From a bacterium (GTDB lineage Bacteria; Patescibacteriota; Dojkabacteria; JAKAPS01; JAJZLI01), in contig JAJZIL010000002.1 of NCBI GenBank assembly GCA_021810605.1, forward strand, positions 1,109-65,108: a stretch of 64,000 nucleotides of DNA, given 5' to 3'. Positions within the stretch are counted from its first letter, which is position 1, and each line of letters starts with the position of its first letter. The position numbers were made by a program, and so were the translations under genes. Shown one piece after another: positions 1 to 9,077 of this stretch. The notes under the pieces were generated by a model. It ran no database searches. It saw nothing but the letters and a program-made list of their open reading frames with translations, and was not told where the DNA came from.

Positions 1-1
1 A

Positions 2-2107
2 ACTAAAGCAGGAACTTTATCTAAATTTTTAGATAAGAGTTTTTCTGTAATAGCAACTAAAGGACATATAGAAGATTTACCTAAAAGTAGTTTAGGTATA
101 GATTTAGATAATCATTTTGCACCTGAGTATAAAATATTAAAAGATAAGGAAAAATTATTAAAGGAAATTCAGAAAAATGTTAATGTTGCAGATACTGTAT
201 ATATAGCAACAGATCCTGATAGAGAAGGAGAAGCTATTGGTTGGCATTTATTACAGAATTTAAAATTAGATAATAAAAAAATTTTAAGAATAACTTTTCA
301 TGAGATTACAAAAAATGCATTAATGGAAGCTTTAGATGAGGCTCATGATTTAAATTATGATCTAGTTAATTCTCAAGTAGCTAGAAGAGTTTTAGATAGA
401 ATAGTTGGATACAAATTATCTCCATTACTTTGGGAGAAAATTAGATATGGATTATCTGCAGGAAGAGTTCAATCTGTTGCATTAAAATTAATAGTTGATA
501 GGGAAAAAGAGATACAAGCTTTTAAAACTGAAGAGTATTGGGATATTACTAGTGATTTTAATATAAATTCTCTCTCAATAACATTTAAATTAAATAAATT
601 GGATGGTAAAAAAATTAAAATAAGTAATGAATTAGACGCAAACAGTATAGTAGAAGATATCTCGAAAGGTACTCCAAATCTAAAAGAAATTAAAAACAGT
701 CAAATGAAGAAGAACCCTAAACCTCCATATACTACATCTACTCTTCAGCAAGATTCAAATTTAAAATTAGGGTTTTCTTCAAAGAAAACTATGATGATTG
801 CACAAATGTTATATGAAGGATTAGATGTAAATGGAGAAAATATTGGATTAATTACTTATATGAGAACAGATTCAGTTTCATTATCAGAAAATTCTATTAA
901 TGATATTAGATCTTTTATAACAAAAAAGTATTCAAAAGAATATCTTCCTAATAGTAAGAATATCTATAAAGTAAAGACAAAATTAGCTCAAGAAGCACAT
1001 GAAGCTATAAGACCTTCTGATATAAATAAATCTCCTGAGCAAATAAAAAAATATCTAACTAAAGATCAATATAATTTATATAAGTTGATTTGGTCTAGAG
1101 CAATTGCTTCTCAAATGAATTCTGCAATATATAGTAATAAAAAATTACTTTTAGATGTAAAGTTGGGAAAGAAAGTTTATGATTTTTCTACTAATTTTTC
1201 TGATCTAGTTTTTGATGGATATAAAGTTATTTATAATGATAACAATAAGAAAGAAGTTGAAAAAACAAATATATTTCCTTTTAATAATTTGTCTGAGATA
1301 AATAGTGTCTTATTTATTAAATCTGAAAAATTTCAACATTTTACAGAACCTCCTCCAAGATATAATGATGCATCTCTAATTAAAAAATGTGAAGAATCTG
1401 GTATAGGTAGACCTTCAACATATTCTACTATAATATCAACATTAATTAGTAGGACATATATTGAAAGAAAGGATAGAGCATTTATTCCTACTGATACTGG
1501 TGTAGTTGTTAGTGATTTTTTAGAAAAATATTTTTCTAATATAGTAGATATAAATTTTACATCAGATATGGAAGATGATTTAGATAAAGTCGCATCAGGA
1601 AAGCTTAATTGGGAAAAGGTTGTTTCAGATTTTTATTATCCTTTTGAGAAAGAAATTATTGATAAGGAGAAGAGTATAGATAAAAGTGATATTACTAATT
1701 TAGGAAAATCTGATGAAAAATGTCCTGAATGTGGAGCGGAAATGTTTATTAAATTAGGTAAATATGGAAAATTTTTGAGTTGTTCTAGATATCCTGAATG
1801 TAAAGGAATGAAATCTATAACTGTAGGAGAACCTCAAGAAGTAGATGAAAAGTGTCCTGAATGTAATGCTGAATTAGTTTTAAAAAAAGGTAGATTTGGT
1901 GATTTCTTTGCCTGTAGTAGATATCCTGAATGTAAATATACTAAATCATTAAAGAATAATGAAAAAAAAGTACTAGAAATAACTTGTCCTGAATGTGGAG
2001 TAGGTAAAATAGTTGAATTAAGAAATAAGAGAGGACAGATATTTTATGGATGCAGTAATTATCCTAAATGTCATTTTACATCAAATAATTTAGATAAAAT
2101 TAAGTAA
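2..2107 (+). CDS. topA: DNA topoisomerase I, 5'-truncated at window edge
   Basis: Reading frame is open from position 2. A TOPRIM-like motif (ATDPDREGEAIGWHL) precedes the listed Met. Four C-terminal CPECG/CxxC zinc-ribbon repeats are typical of bacterial TopA. Confidence 0.85.
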   Translation, partial: TKAGTLSKFLDKSFSVIATKGHIEDLPKSSLGIDLDNHFAPEYKILKDKEKLLKEIQKNVNVADTVYIATDPDREGEAIGWHLLQNLKLDNKKILRITFHEITKNALMEALDEAHDLNYDLVNSQVARRVLDRIVGYKLSPLLWEKIRYGLSAGRVQSVALKLIVDREKEIQAFKTEEYWDITSDFNINSLSITFKLNKLDGKKIKISNELDANSIVEDISKGTPNLKEIKNSQMKKNPKPPYTTSTLQQDSNLKLGFSSKKTMMIAQMLYEGLDVNGENIGLITYMRTDSVSLSENSINDIRSFITKKYSKEYLPNSKNIYKVKTKLAQEAHEAIRPSDINKSPEQIKKYLTKDQYNLYKLIWSRAIASQMNSAIYSNKKLLLDVKLGKKVYDFSTNFSDLVFDGYKVIYNDNNKKEVEKTNIFPFNNLSEINSVLFIKSEKFQHFTEPPPRYNDASLIKKCEESGIGRPSTYSTIISTLISRTYIERKDRAFIPTDTGVVVSDFLEKYFSNIVDINFTSDMEDDLDKVASGKLNWEKVVSDFYYPFEKEIIDKEKSIDKSDITNLGKSDEKCPECGAEMFIKLGKYGKFLSCSRYPECKGMKSITVGEPQEVDEKCPECNAELVLKKGRFGDFFACSRYPECKYTKSLKNNEKKVLEITCPECGVGKIVELRNKRGQIFYGCSNYPKCHFTSNNLDKIK

Positions 2108-2220
2108 TGGTTTGTCATCTTTGTAATTAGATGTTATAATTTTATCATTATTTTATATCACGCACACTTAAATATCTCTTTCCTTAAATATATTTGAGGT
2201 TATTTTAAGTGGAAGTTTAA

Positions 2221-2225
2221 AGGAG
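2221..2225 (+). promoter_or_regulatory. Shine-Dalgarno (AGGAG) for rpsB
   Basis: AGGAG lies 5 nt upstream of the ATG at 2231. Confidence 0.45.
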
Positions 2226-2230
2226 AAATT

Positions 2231-2914
2231 ATGGAAATAACTTTACAAGATTTACTTCAAGCAGGAGTTCACTTTGGTCATCAGACTAAGAGATGGAATC
2301 CTAAAATGAAAAAATATATTTATACTTCAGTTAGTGGTTCTCATATAATAAATTTAGATCTGACTTTGGATTTATTAAATGAAGCTGTTAAATTTTTAAT
2401 TAATCTTAATCCAGAAAATATTTTATTTGTAGGAACAAAGAAGCAAATACAGGATATAGTAAAAGAAAAAGCATCATCAATTAATGCCTTTTATATAAAT
2501 GAGAGATGGCCAGGTGGGTTATTAACAAATTTTAAAACTGTTTCAATTAGTTTGAAAAAAATTGATGAGTATGACAAAATTTTAACAGATGATAGTGTTA
2601 ATAATACTAGAACTAAACTAGAATTATTAAAAATATCAGAAGAAAGAGAAAAATTACTTAAAATGTATGGTGGAGTAAGAGGTTTCTCTCAAAAGTTGGA
2701 TGCAATAGTTGTAATAGATGTTAAAATAGAGCAAGTAGCAATTAAAGAGGCTAAGAAATTAGGTATTCCTATAGTTGCTATAGTTGATACAAATGTTGAT
2801 CCAGATTTGATTGATTATCCTATTCCAGGAAATGATGATGGGATAAAATCAGTAGATTTGATTTTAAGTTATATTGTAAATAATATTAAAAATAGAAAGG
2901 TAGTAAAAAAATGA
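2231..2914 (+). CDS. rpsB: 30S ribosomal protein S2
   Basis: GVHFGHQTKRWNPKMKKYIY is an S2 signature. Gene order rpsB-tsf is conserved. Confidence 0.9.
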   Translation: MEITLQDLLQAGVHFGHQTKRWNPKMKKYIYTSVSGSHIINLDLTLDLLNEAVKFLINLNPENILFVGTKKQIQDIVKEKASSINAFYINERWPGGLLTNFKTVSISLKKIDEYDKILTDDSVNNTRTKLELLKISEEREKLLKMYGGVRGFSQKLDAIVVIDVKIEQVAIKEAKKLGIPIVAIVDTNVDPDLIDYPIPGNDDGIKSVDLILSYIVNNIKNRKVVKK

Positions 2915-3504
2915 GTATAAGTGTAGATTTAATAAAACAATTAAGAGATATGACTGGTGCAGGTGTATCTGATTGTAAAAAAGCATTAGAGGAGTCTAAT
3001 GGTGATTTGAAAGAAGCAATTAGTGTTTTGAAAAAGAATGGATTTGCAAAATCATTATCCAGGAATTCTAGGGAAGTTTATGAAGGATGGATTGGAAGTT
3101 ATATTCACCATAACGGGAGATTAGCTTCTTTGGTCATGTTAATGTGTGAAACTGATTTTGTTGCAAGAACAGATTTATTTAAAGAGTTATCACACTCATT
3201 AGCAGTACAAGTTGTTACATCAAATCCTATTTATATCTCTAGAGAAGATATTCCTCAAGAAGTTTTAGATAAAGAAATAAATATAATAAAAGAGGAGAAA
3301 GGTTTTTTAGAAAAAACTAAAGATTTACAAGAGAAAATTATAGAAGGAAAATTAGAGAAAGTCTTTACAGAGATATGTTTTATGGATCAAGTCTTTTATA
3401 AGGATGATAGTTTGAAAGTTGTAGAAGTTATTAATGATGCTATTGCAAAGACAGGAGAAAATATAAAAATATCTAAGTTTGTTCGATTTGAGTTGGGAAA
3501 TTAA
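2911..3504 (+). CDS. tsf: elongation factor Ts
   Basis: N-terminal UBA-like motif (MTGAGVSDCKKALEE) and position after rpsB. Confidence 0.85.
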   Translation: MSISVDLIKQLRDMTGAGVSDCKKALEESNGDLKEAISVLKKNGFAKSLSRNSREVYEGWIGSYIHHNGRLASLVMLMCETDFVARTDLFKELSHSLAVQVVTSNPIYISREDIPQEVLDKEINIIKEEKGFLEKTKDLQEKIIEGKLEKVFTEICFMDQVFYKDDSLKVVEVINDAIAKTGENIKISKFVRFELGN

Positions 3505-4052
3505 TGGATATTAAAGATTTTAAAGAAAAAATATCTAAAAATATAGATTTTTTTATAAAAGAAGTAAAGTCTTTACGAACTGGAAAAGCAAACATCTCAT
3601 TAGTTGAAGATATAAAAGTAGAAGTATATTCTAGTAATATGTTGTTATCTCAGTTAGCTACAATTACTACTCCAGATTTTAATCTTATTTTAATTCAACC
3701 TTGGGATAAATCAAGTATAGATCCAATTTATAATTCTTTAATAAGTTCTAGTCTTGGATTTAATCCTATTAAATCTGTTGATGATATAAGGTTGCCTATA
3801 CCTCCTTTAAGTGAAGAAAGAAGGAAAGAATATGTTAAATTATTGAATTCAAAATTAGAGGAATCTAAGATTTCTTTAAGGAATATAAGAAAAGATTTTC
3901 TAAATAGTATAAAGAAGCTTGAAGAAGATAAAGAAATAAGTGAAACTGAAATGAAAAAAATAGAAGAAGATGTTGATAAAGTAATGAAGGAAGGAAATGA
4001 AGAATTAAATAAAATATATGAATTAAAAAAAGAAGAACTTTTAACTATTTAA
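3504..4052 (+). CDS. frr: ribosome recycling factor
   Basis: About 180 aa with an RRF-like charged helical C-terminus. It follows tsf directly, with no pyrH between them. Confidence 0.8.
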   Translation: MDIKDFKEKISKNIDFFIKEVKSLRTGKANISLVEDIKVEVYSSNMLLSQLATITTPDFNLILIQPWDKSSIDPIYNSLISSSLGFNPIKSVDDIRLPIPPLSEERRKEYVKLLNSKLEESKISLRNIRKDFLNSIKKLEEDKEISETEMKKIEEDVDKVMKEGNEELNKIYELKKEELLTI

Positions 4053-4055
4053 AAT

Positions 4056-5207
4056 ATGATATACGTAATAACTCTTATAATTTTCATAATACTTTTAAGT
4101 TTTTTAATCATAATACATGAATGGGGGCATATGTATGTAGCTCTAAAAAGAGGAGTAATAGTTCAAAGTTTTGCTATTGGTTTTGGACCTAAAATATTTT
4201 CTTTTACGAGGAATGGAATAGAGTATAGATTAAACGTCCTGCCTTTTGGAGGGTATGTAAGTTTGTTTGGAGATGAAGATCCTACTAATAAATTAAAAGG
4301 ATCATTGGCTGCTGCAACTCCATTAACTAAGTTTTTTATAACAATTGCAGGAGTAGTAATGAATTTCATTTTTGCTGTTATATTCTTATTCTTATTTCTA
4401 ATTGTTATTAATTTTAAATTTTATTATTCAAATATTATTCCTAATTTTAATTTTACATTTGGAACAAATGTAAATAATTTACTATTTTCTGCAATTCCTA
4501 ATAATAAAACATCTACTTTATACAAAGATCATATAAAAGGTGTATATATAATTAATAAGATTAATAATGAGAATATCAATTCTGTTAAACAGATAGAAAG
4601 TATAGTAGATAGTAATAAAGGGAAATATTTGAAATTTAACTATACAAAAGTAAATAATTTGAGTTTATTTGGTATCTCTTTAGGAAATACATATACCAAA
4701 GAGTTTTTATCCAGAAAGAATTATCCTAAGAATTCTGGTCCTGTAGGAATATCTATAGAAGAAATATCTCATATAGAATTCCAATCAATCCCTGCTAAAA
4801 TTGGTTCTTTATTAACATTTCCTTATGATGTTATACAATTAACATTTCAAGGTTTTTATTATTTAATTCATCAATCTATAAAGCAGAATAATTCTAAAAT
4901 TCTAACTAGTCAAGTAGCTGGTCCTGTAGGAATATATATGTATACTAATATATTATTCCAAAATGATGGATTAACGGGTGTACTTTTCATATTTGGGATC
5001 ATATCTCTTTCTTTATCAATAATGAATTTACTCCCAATTCCTCCATTAGACGGTTTTTATGTTTTACTTTCAATTCTAGAGGGAGTGTTCTCTATTAAGA
5101 TTAATGATAAATGGATGTATTATCTTTCTATGATAGGCGTTGTATTTTTTATTATTCTTATGGTCCTAGTTACTCTTAATGATTTAATAAATTTCAAAAT
5201 AATTTAA
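4056..5207 (+). CDS. rseP: RIP site-2 metalloprotease, RseP-like
   Basis: HEWGH zinc motif inside an N-terminal TM helix, a central PDZ-like segment, a C-terminal LDG motif, and a multi-TM profile. Confidence 0.75.
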   Translation: MIYVITLIIFIILLSFLIIIHEWGHMYVALKRGVIVQSFAIGFGPKIFSFTRNGIEYRLNVLPFGGYVSLFGDEDPTNKLKGSLAAATPLTKFFITIAGVVMNFIFAVIFLFLFLIVINFKFYYSNIIPNFNFTFGTNVNNLLFSAIPNNKTSTLYKDHIKGVYIINKINNENINSVKQIESIVDSNKGKYLKFNYTKVNNLSLFGISLGNTYTKEFLSRKNYPKNSGPVGISIEEISHIEFQSIPAKIGSLLTFPYDVIQLTFQGFYYLIHQSIKQNNSKILTSQVAGPVGIYMYTNILFQNDGLTGVLFIFGIISLSLSIMNLLPIPPLDGFYVLLSILEGVFSIKINDKWMYYLSMIGVVFFIILMVLVTLNDLINFKII

Positions 5208-5414
5208 ATTGTATTTTTTATTAATTAAAATACTATATTTACTTTGTAGTGTATGATTATTGATACTATACTTTAAATAAATTTTTCTTATAATTTATTG
5301 TAATATTTACTTAATTTCATAATTAGATTATTAATAAGTGATTTTGTTTAATTTTAAGTAGTCAAATTTAGTTTTACATTTTATAGATATTTTTTTTGAA
5401 TAATTTCTATAAAT

Positions 5415-5443
5415 TTGACAAATTAGGCTTTTTTACATAATAT
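5415..5443 (+). promoter_or_regulatory. candidate sigma70-like promoter (TTGACA-17nt-TAATAT) giving a near-leaderless transcript for the NMO-like gene
   Basis: TTGACA at 5415-5420, a 17-nt spacer, then TAATAT at 5438-5443. The start codon is at 5453 and no SD is visible. Confidence 0.25.
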
Positions 5444-5452
5444 ACTTCATAT

Positions 5453-6922
5453 ATGGGTGTAGAAAATCTATCTGAACTACCACCTCGAGAAATTAAGGAT
5501 ATTGATATCATACAAGGAGGTATGGGGATAGGAGTTTCTTGGTATAAGCTTGCAGGGGCTGTAGCAGCAGAAGGTGCAATGGGGGTTATCTCTGGAACTG
5601 TTATTGGTCCAGTATTAGCTAGACGTCTACAAGAAGGTGATCCTAATGGACTTATGCGAGAAGCATTAAAAGCTTTTCCAGATCAAGAAATATCTGGTCG
5701 AATTATAGAAAGATACTATTCAGAGGAAGGTCATAAAGATAATTTCCCATATAAATCTGTACCAATGTTTAATATTGATAGTAGTGGATATGCCTTGGAA
5801 CTAAATATGGTAGGTGCTTTTGTGGAAGTATGGTTAGCTAAACATATAGCATCTGAGAAAAGTAAAAATCCTGGTCCTATAGGTATGAATCTATTAACAA
5901 AGTTACAAGCACCTACACTCAGTGCACTTTATGGGGCAATGTTGGCTGGAGTTGATTGTATTATTATGGGTGCTGGGATCCCCCATGATATTCCAGAACA
6001 ACTTAATAATCTAGTACTTGGTAAAGAAGCGCGTCTTAGATTTGATGTTACAGGATCCAAACAAAATCATTATATTACTTTTAATCCAGAAAATTACCCT
6101 AATTTATTAAATAAAGTTTATCATGAAAAACTTAAAAGGCCTACATTTTTAGCTATAGTTGCATCAAATACTTTAGCTAAAAGACTTTCTAATAAGGATT
6201 GTCCACCCAATGGATTTATTATTGAAGGTCCAACTGCTGGTGGTCATAATGCTCCACCACGAGATAAAGTTAACTATGGTGATCGTGATATTGTAGATAT
6301 AGATGAGATTGCTGAATTAGAAAGACCTTTTTGGTTAGCTGGTGGTTATGATCACCCTCAAAAGGTCGAAGAAGCTAAGAAAAAAGGAGCTAATGGGGTA
6401 CAAGTTGGTACTGCATTTGCTATATGTGAGGATTCTGGAATATCTCCACAATTGAAAAAAAAGATAATTGAAGAAATAATGAATGATGGTATTGAGGTAG
6501 TGACTGATATGTTAGCATCTCCTACGGGATTTCCATTTAAAGTAGTTCAACTTTCTGGTACAATATCGGAGAGTGATGTATTAAAAAATCGTCAAAAAGT
6601 TTGTGATTTAGGATTTCTTAGGGAAGCATATGTTTCAGGTATATCAGAGGATGGAAAAGAGATAATAAATTATCGTTGTGCATCTGAGCCAGAAAAGGAT
6701 TATATAAAGAAGGGAGGAAATTTGGAAGATACTGTTGGACGTACATGTCTATGTAATGCATTAATGGCGACAATTGAATTGGGTCAAACTCATCATGGTA
6801 AAAAAGAAGATCCTATTGTTACAGCTGGAGATACTCTAAACGATATAACTAGAAGGCTTGTATCTATATATGGTAAAGATATTTCTGCTAAAGATGTAGT
6901 AATGTATTTACGTGGTAATTAA
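5453..6922 (+). CDS. nitronate monooxygenase (NMO/2-nitropropane dioxygenase) family FMN oxidoreductase, extended 489-aa form
   Basis: GGMGIGVSWYKLAGAVAAEGAMGVISG matches the NMO TIM-barrel FMN motif. The gene is about 40% GC against about 27% in its neighbours, uses rare CGA/CGT/CTC/CCC codons, and is flanked by intergenic regions of about 200-250 bp. Confidence 0.65.
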   Translation: MGVENLSELPPREIKDIDIIQGGMGIGVSWYKLAGAVAAEGAMGVISGTVIGPVLARRLQEGDPNGLMREALKAFPDQEISGRIIERYYSEEGHKDNFPYKSVPMFNIDSSGYALELNMVGAFVEVWLAKHIASEKSKNPGPIGMNLLTKLQAPTLSALYGAMLAGVDCIIMGAGIPHDIPEQLNNLVLGKEARLRFDVTGSKQNHYITFNPENYPNLLNKVYHEKLKRPTFLAIVASNTLAKRLSNKDCPPNGFIIEGPTAGGHNAPPRDKVNYGDRDIVDIDEIAELERPFWLAGGYDHPQKVEEAKKKGANGVQVGTAFAICEDSGISPQLKKKIIEEIMNDGIEVVTDMLASPTGFPFKVVQLSGTISESDVLKNRQKVCDLGFLREAYVSGISEDGKEIINYRCASEPEKDYIKKGGNLEDTVGRTCLCNALMATIELGQTHHGKKEDPIVTAGDTLNDITRRLVSIYGKDISAKDVVMYLRGN

Positions 6923-7121
6923 TAAATTCATTATCTTTTTACTTTTTATAGAGTAGGTTTCTATGATCTCTTGATTATATTTGAAATAATATATATTTAT
7001 TAGTGTATTTTTTCTTTTATGTCTAAAAATCCCAGTATACTCTTTGGTATAAGTTATTGATAAGATAAATTTGTTGACAAAAAATTTTTATGATATACTA
7101 CCATAAGAATGTTTATGTTTT

Positions 7122-7466
7122 ATGATGAACGAGGATTGTATATTTTGTAAAATTATAAAAAAAGAGATAGATTCAGATATAATATTTGAAGATGATCAAT
7201 TTATAGTTTTTTCAGATATATCTCCAGTAGCAGAAATACATAAATTGATAGTTCCTAAGAAGCATATAAATAATTTATTAGATTTTAAAGATAATAATTT
7301 AAATGTTTATTGGGAAGATGCCATTAAAATAATTAATAAATTAGTAGATATTTTAAACGTTTCTAATTTTAAAATAGTTATAAATAATGGTGATAAATTA
7401 CAGTTAATTAAGCATTTACACATACATTTCCTTAGTGGAAATAAAGTAAGTGATAAAGTTAATTAG
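7122..7466 (+). CDS. HIT-family (histidine triad) hydrolase
   Basis: CIFCKI near the N-terminus and the HLHIHFL histidine triad. Confidence 0.75.
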   Translation: MMNEDCIFCKIIKKEIDSDIIFEDDQFIVFSDISPVAEIHKLIVPKKHINNLLDFKDNNLNVYWEDAIKIINKLVDILNVSNFKIVINNGDKLQLIKHLHIHFLSGNKVSDKVN

Positions 7467-7470
7467 GAGG
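7465..7470 (+). promoter_or_regulatory. Shine-Dalgarno (AGGAGG) for rpsU
   Basis: AGGAGG lies 10 nt upstream of the ATG at 7481. Confidence 0.5.
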
Positions 7471-7480
7471 TGAATATTAT

Positions 7481-7708
7481 ATGGCAGTAATAGTAAGAGA
7501 AAATGAAGCTTTTGAATCAGCTTGGAGGAGGTTTACGCGTGAATTAGTTAGTAATGGAGTTTTAGAAGAGTTAAAAGAAAGAGCTTATTATAAAAAACCA
7601 TCTGTAGAAAGAACTGCTCTTAGAAGAGAATTCAAAAAAAGAAAAACTAAACACCATAGAGCAATGAGAAAGATTAAAAGTAAATATGGTAAAGGTTTTT
7701 CTATGTAA
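7481..7708 (+). CDS. rpsU: 30S ribosomal protein S21
   Basis: MAVIVRENE...FESAWRRF and KKPSVERTALRREFKKRK are S21 signatures. Confidence 0.9.
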   Translation: MAVIVRENEAFESAWRRFTRELVSNGVLEELKERAYYKKPSVERTALRREFKKRKTKHHRAMRKIKSKYGKGFSM

Positions 7709-7719
7709 TTACAATTTAT

Positions 7720-8160
7720 ATGTATAATAAATTACAAGATGATTTGAAAACTTGCATGAAAAATAAGGATAATGAAAAGTTATCTGTTATTCGGTTATTA
7801 TATTCTCAGATTAAAAATGAAGCTATCAATTTAAGAGTTACTGATATTAGTGATGATATTTTTTTCTCTGTATTGAAGAAATCTATAAAAGAGATTACAG
7901 AAAATATAGATAATTATTCTAAATTAGGAAGAGAGGATCTTTCTAAAAAAGAAAAGTATGAATTATCTATATTAAATGATTACCTACCTAAGCAATTATC
8001 TGATGAAGATCTATTTAATATAGTCAAAGAAGAAGTAAATAAAATTGAAGGATTTTCTCAAAAAGATATTGGTATTATTATAAGAAAAATAACTGAAGAG
8101 TATAAAAATCAAGTTGATGGAAAAAGAGTAAGTGATATTATAAGTAAATCTTTTTTATGA
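7720..8160 (+). CDS. yqeY: GatB/YqeY-domain protein
   Basis: N-terminal LKTCMKNKD...LSVIRLL...IKN pattern typical of YqeY, and the conserved rpsU-yqeY neighbourhood. Confidence 0.6.
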   Translation: MYNKLQDDLKTCMKNKDNEKLSVIRLLYSQIKNEAINLRVTDISDDIFFSVLKKSIKEITENIDNYSKLGREDLSKKEKYELSILNDYLPKQLSDEDLFNIVKEEVNKIEGFSQKDIGIIIRKITEEYKNQVDGKRVSDIISKSFL

Positions 8161-8573
8161 TATATAAAAGTTATAATAGTTTATATGATATTAATAAAAA
8201 AAGATTTACTTATATTACTTCAAATGTTTTTCAGTATCTTAACTTAGATAAAAAACAATTTTCATTATTTATTGTTGGTAAATATAAAATAAAATCATTA
8301 AATTGCTATTATAATAATATAAATTCAGTGACAGATGTTTTGGCGTTAGAATATAAGGATCCTTTTTATATAGGGGATATATACATATGTCCAGATATAA
8401 TTTATAAAAATTCCAAAAAATTTAACTGTTCTTTTTTTGAAGAACTAGATAGAATTTTTATACATGGATTATTACATATTTTAGGATATGATCATATCAA
8501 CCCCTTAAATACATCAGAAAAAATGTTTATAATTCAAGAAGATATATTGAAGAAACTAAAATGGAATATTTAA
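8157..8573 (+). CDS. ybeY: rRNA maturation endoribonuclease YbeY
   Basis: HGLLHILGYDH zinc-binding motif. Confidence 0.8.
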   Translation: MIYKSYNSLYDINKKRFTYITSNVFQYLNLDKKQFSLFIVGKYKIKSLNCYYNNINSVTDVLALEYKDPFYIGDIYICPDIIYKNSKKFNCSFFEELDRIFIHGLLHILGYDHINPLNTSEKMFIIQEDILKKLKWNI

Positions 8574-9073
8574 TAGTAGGGTTAGGAAATCCAGGATTAG
8601 AATATAAGGACTCTAGACATAATATAGGGTTTATGTGTGTAGATTTTTTAGTAGAAAATATTAAACTAGATAGTAAAGATTTCACTTTTAATAAAGGTTT
8701 TAATTCTAATATATTGAAATATAATAATATATTATTTTTGAAACCAGATACATTTATGAATAATTCTGGATATGCTGTTTCTAGAGCAGTAAATTATTAT
8801 AAATTTGATAAAATTTATATAGTTTACGATGACTTAGATTTAAATTTAGGTGATTTTAAAATCGGAGATAAATATCCTAAAACTCATAATGGTGTAATGT
8901 CAATTAAAGAACAAGTAAATAATTCTTTTATTAGTATTAGAATTGGTATAGATAATAATCGTAATATTAATATTCCTGGAATTGATTATGTCCTTGGTAA
9001 AATTTCTAGAGAAGAAAAATTAATACTAAATGGCGTATTTAGTAATATCCTAACAGAACTTAAATTTCTATAA
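8561..9073 (+). CDS. pth: peptidyl-tRNA hydrolase
   Basis: LIVGLGNPGLEYKDSRHNIGF is the Pth N-terminal signature. Confidence 0.85.
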   Translation: MEYLIVGLGNPGLEYKDSRHNIGFMCVDFLVENIKLDSKDFTFNKGFNSNILKYNNILFLKPDTFMNNSGYAVSRAVNYYKFDKIYIVYDDLDLNLGDFKIGDKYPKTHNGVMSIKEQVNNSFISIRIGIDNNRNINIPGIDYVLGKISREEKLILNGVFSNILTELKFL

Positions 9074-9077
9074 AATT

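Noticed and set aside
4163-4369. Short antisense or alternative-frame ORFs of 61-130 aa listed in the ORF track. Examples: 4163-4369, 9950-10171, 10739-10939, 12084-12302, 12306-12545, 14703-15035, 16724-16981, 23680-23877, 24595-24933, 27259-27474, 27820-28212, 29259-29444, 31364-31555, 39167-39397, 40122-40364, 54975-55169
   Set aside because: Each lies wholly inside a longer gene with clear conserved motifs (rseP, mfd, trpS, dnaX, cysS, rpoB, rpoC, fusA, ruvC, ruvB, pilT/pilC). They have no motifs and are typical low-complexity shadow ORFs of AT-rich DNA.
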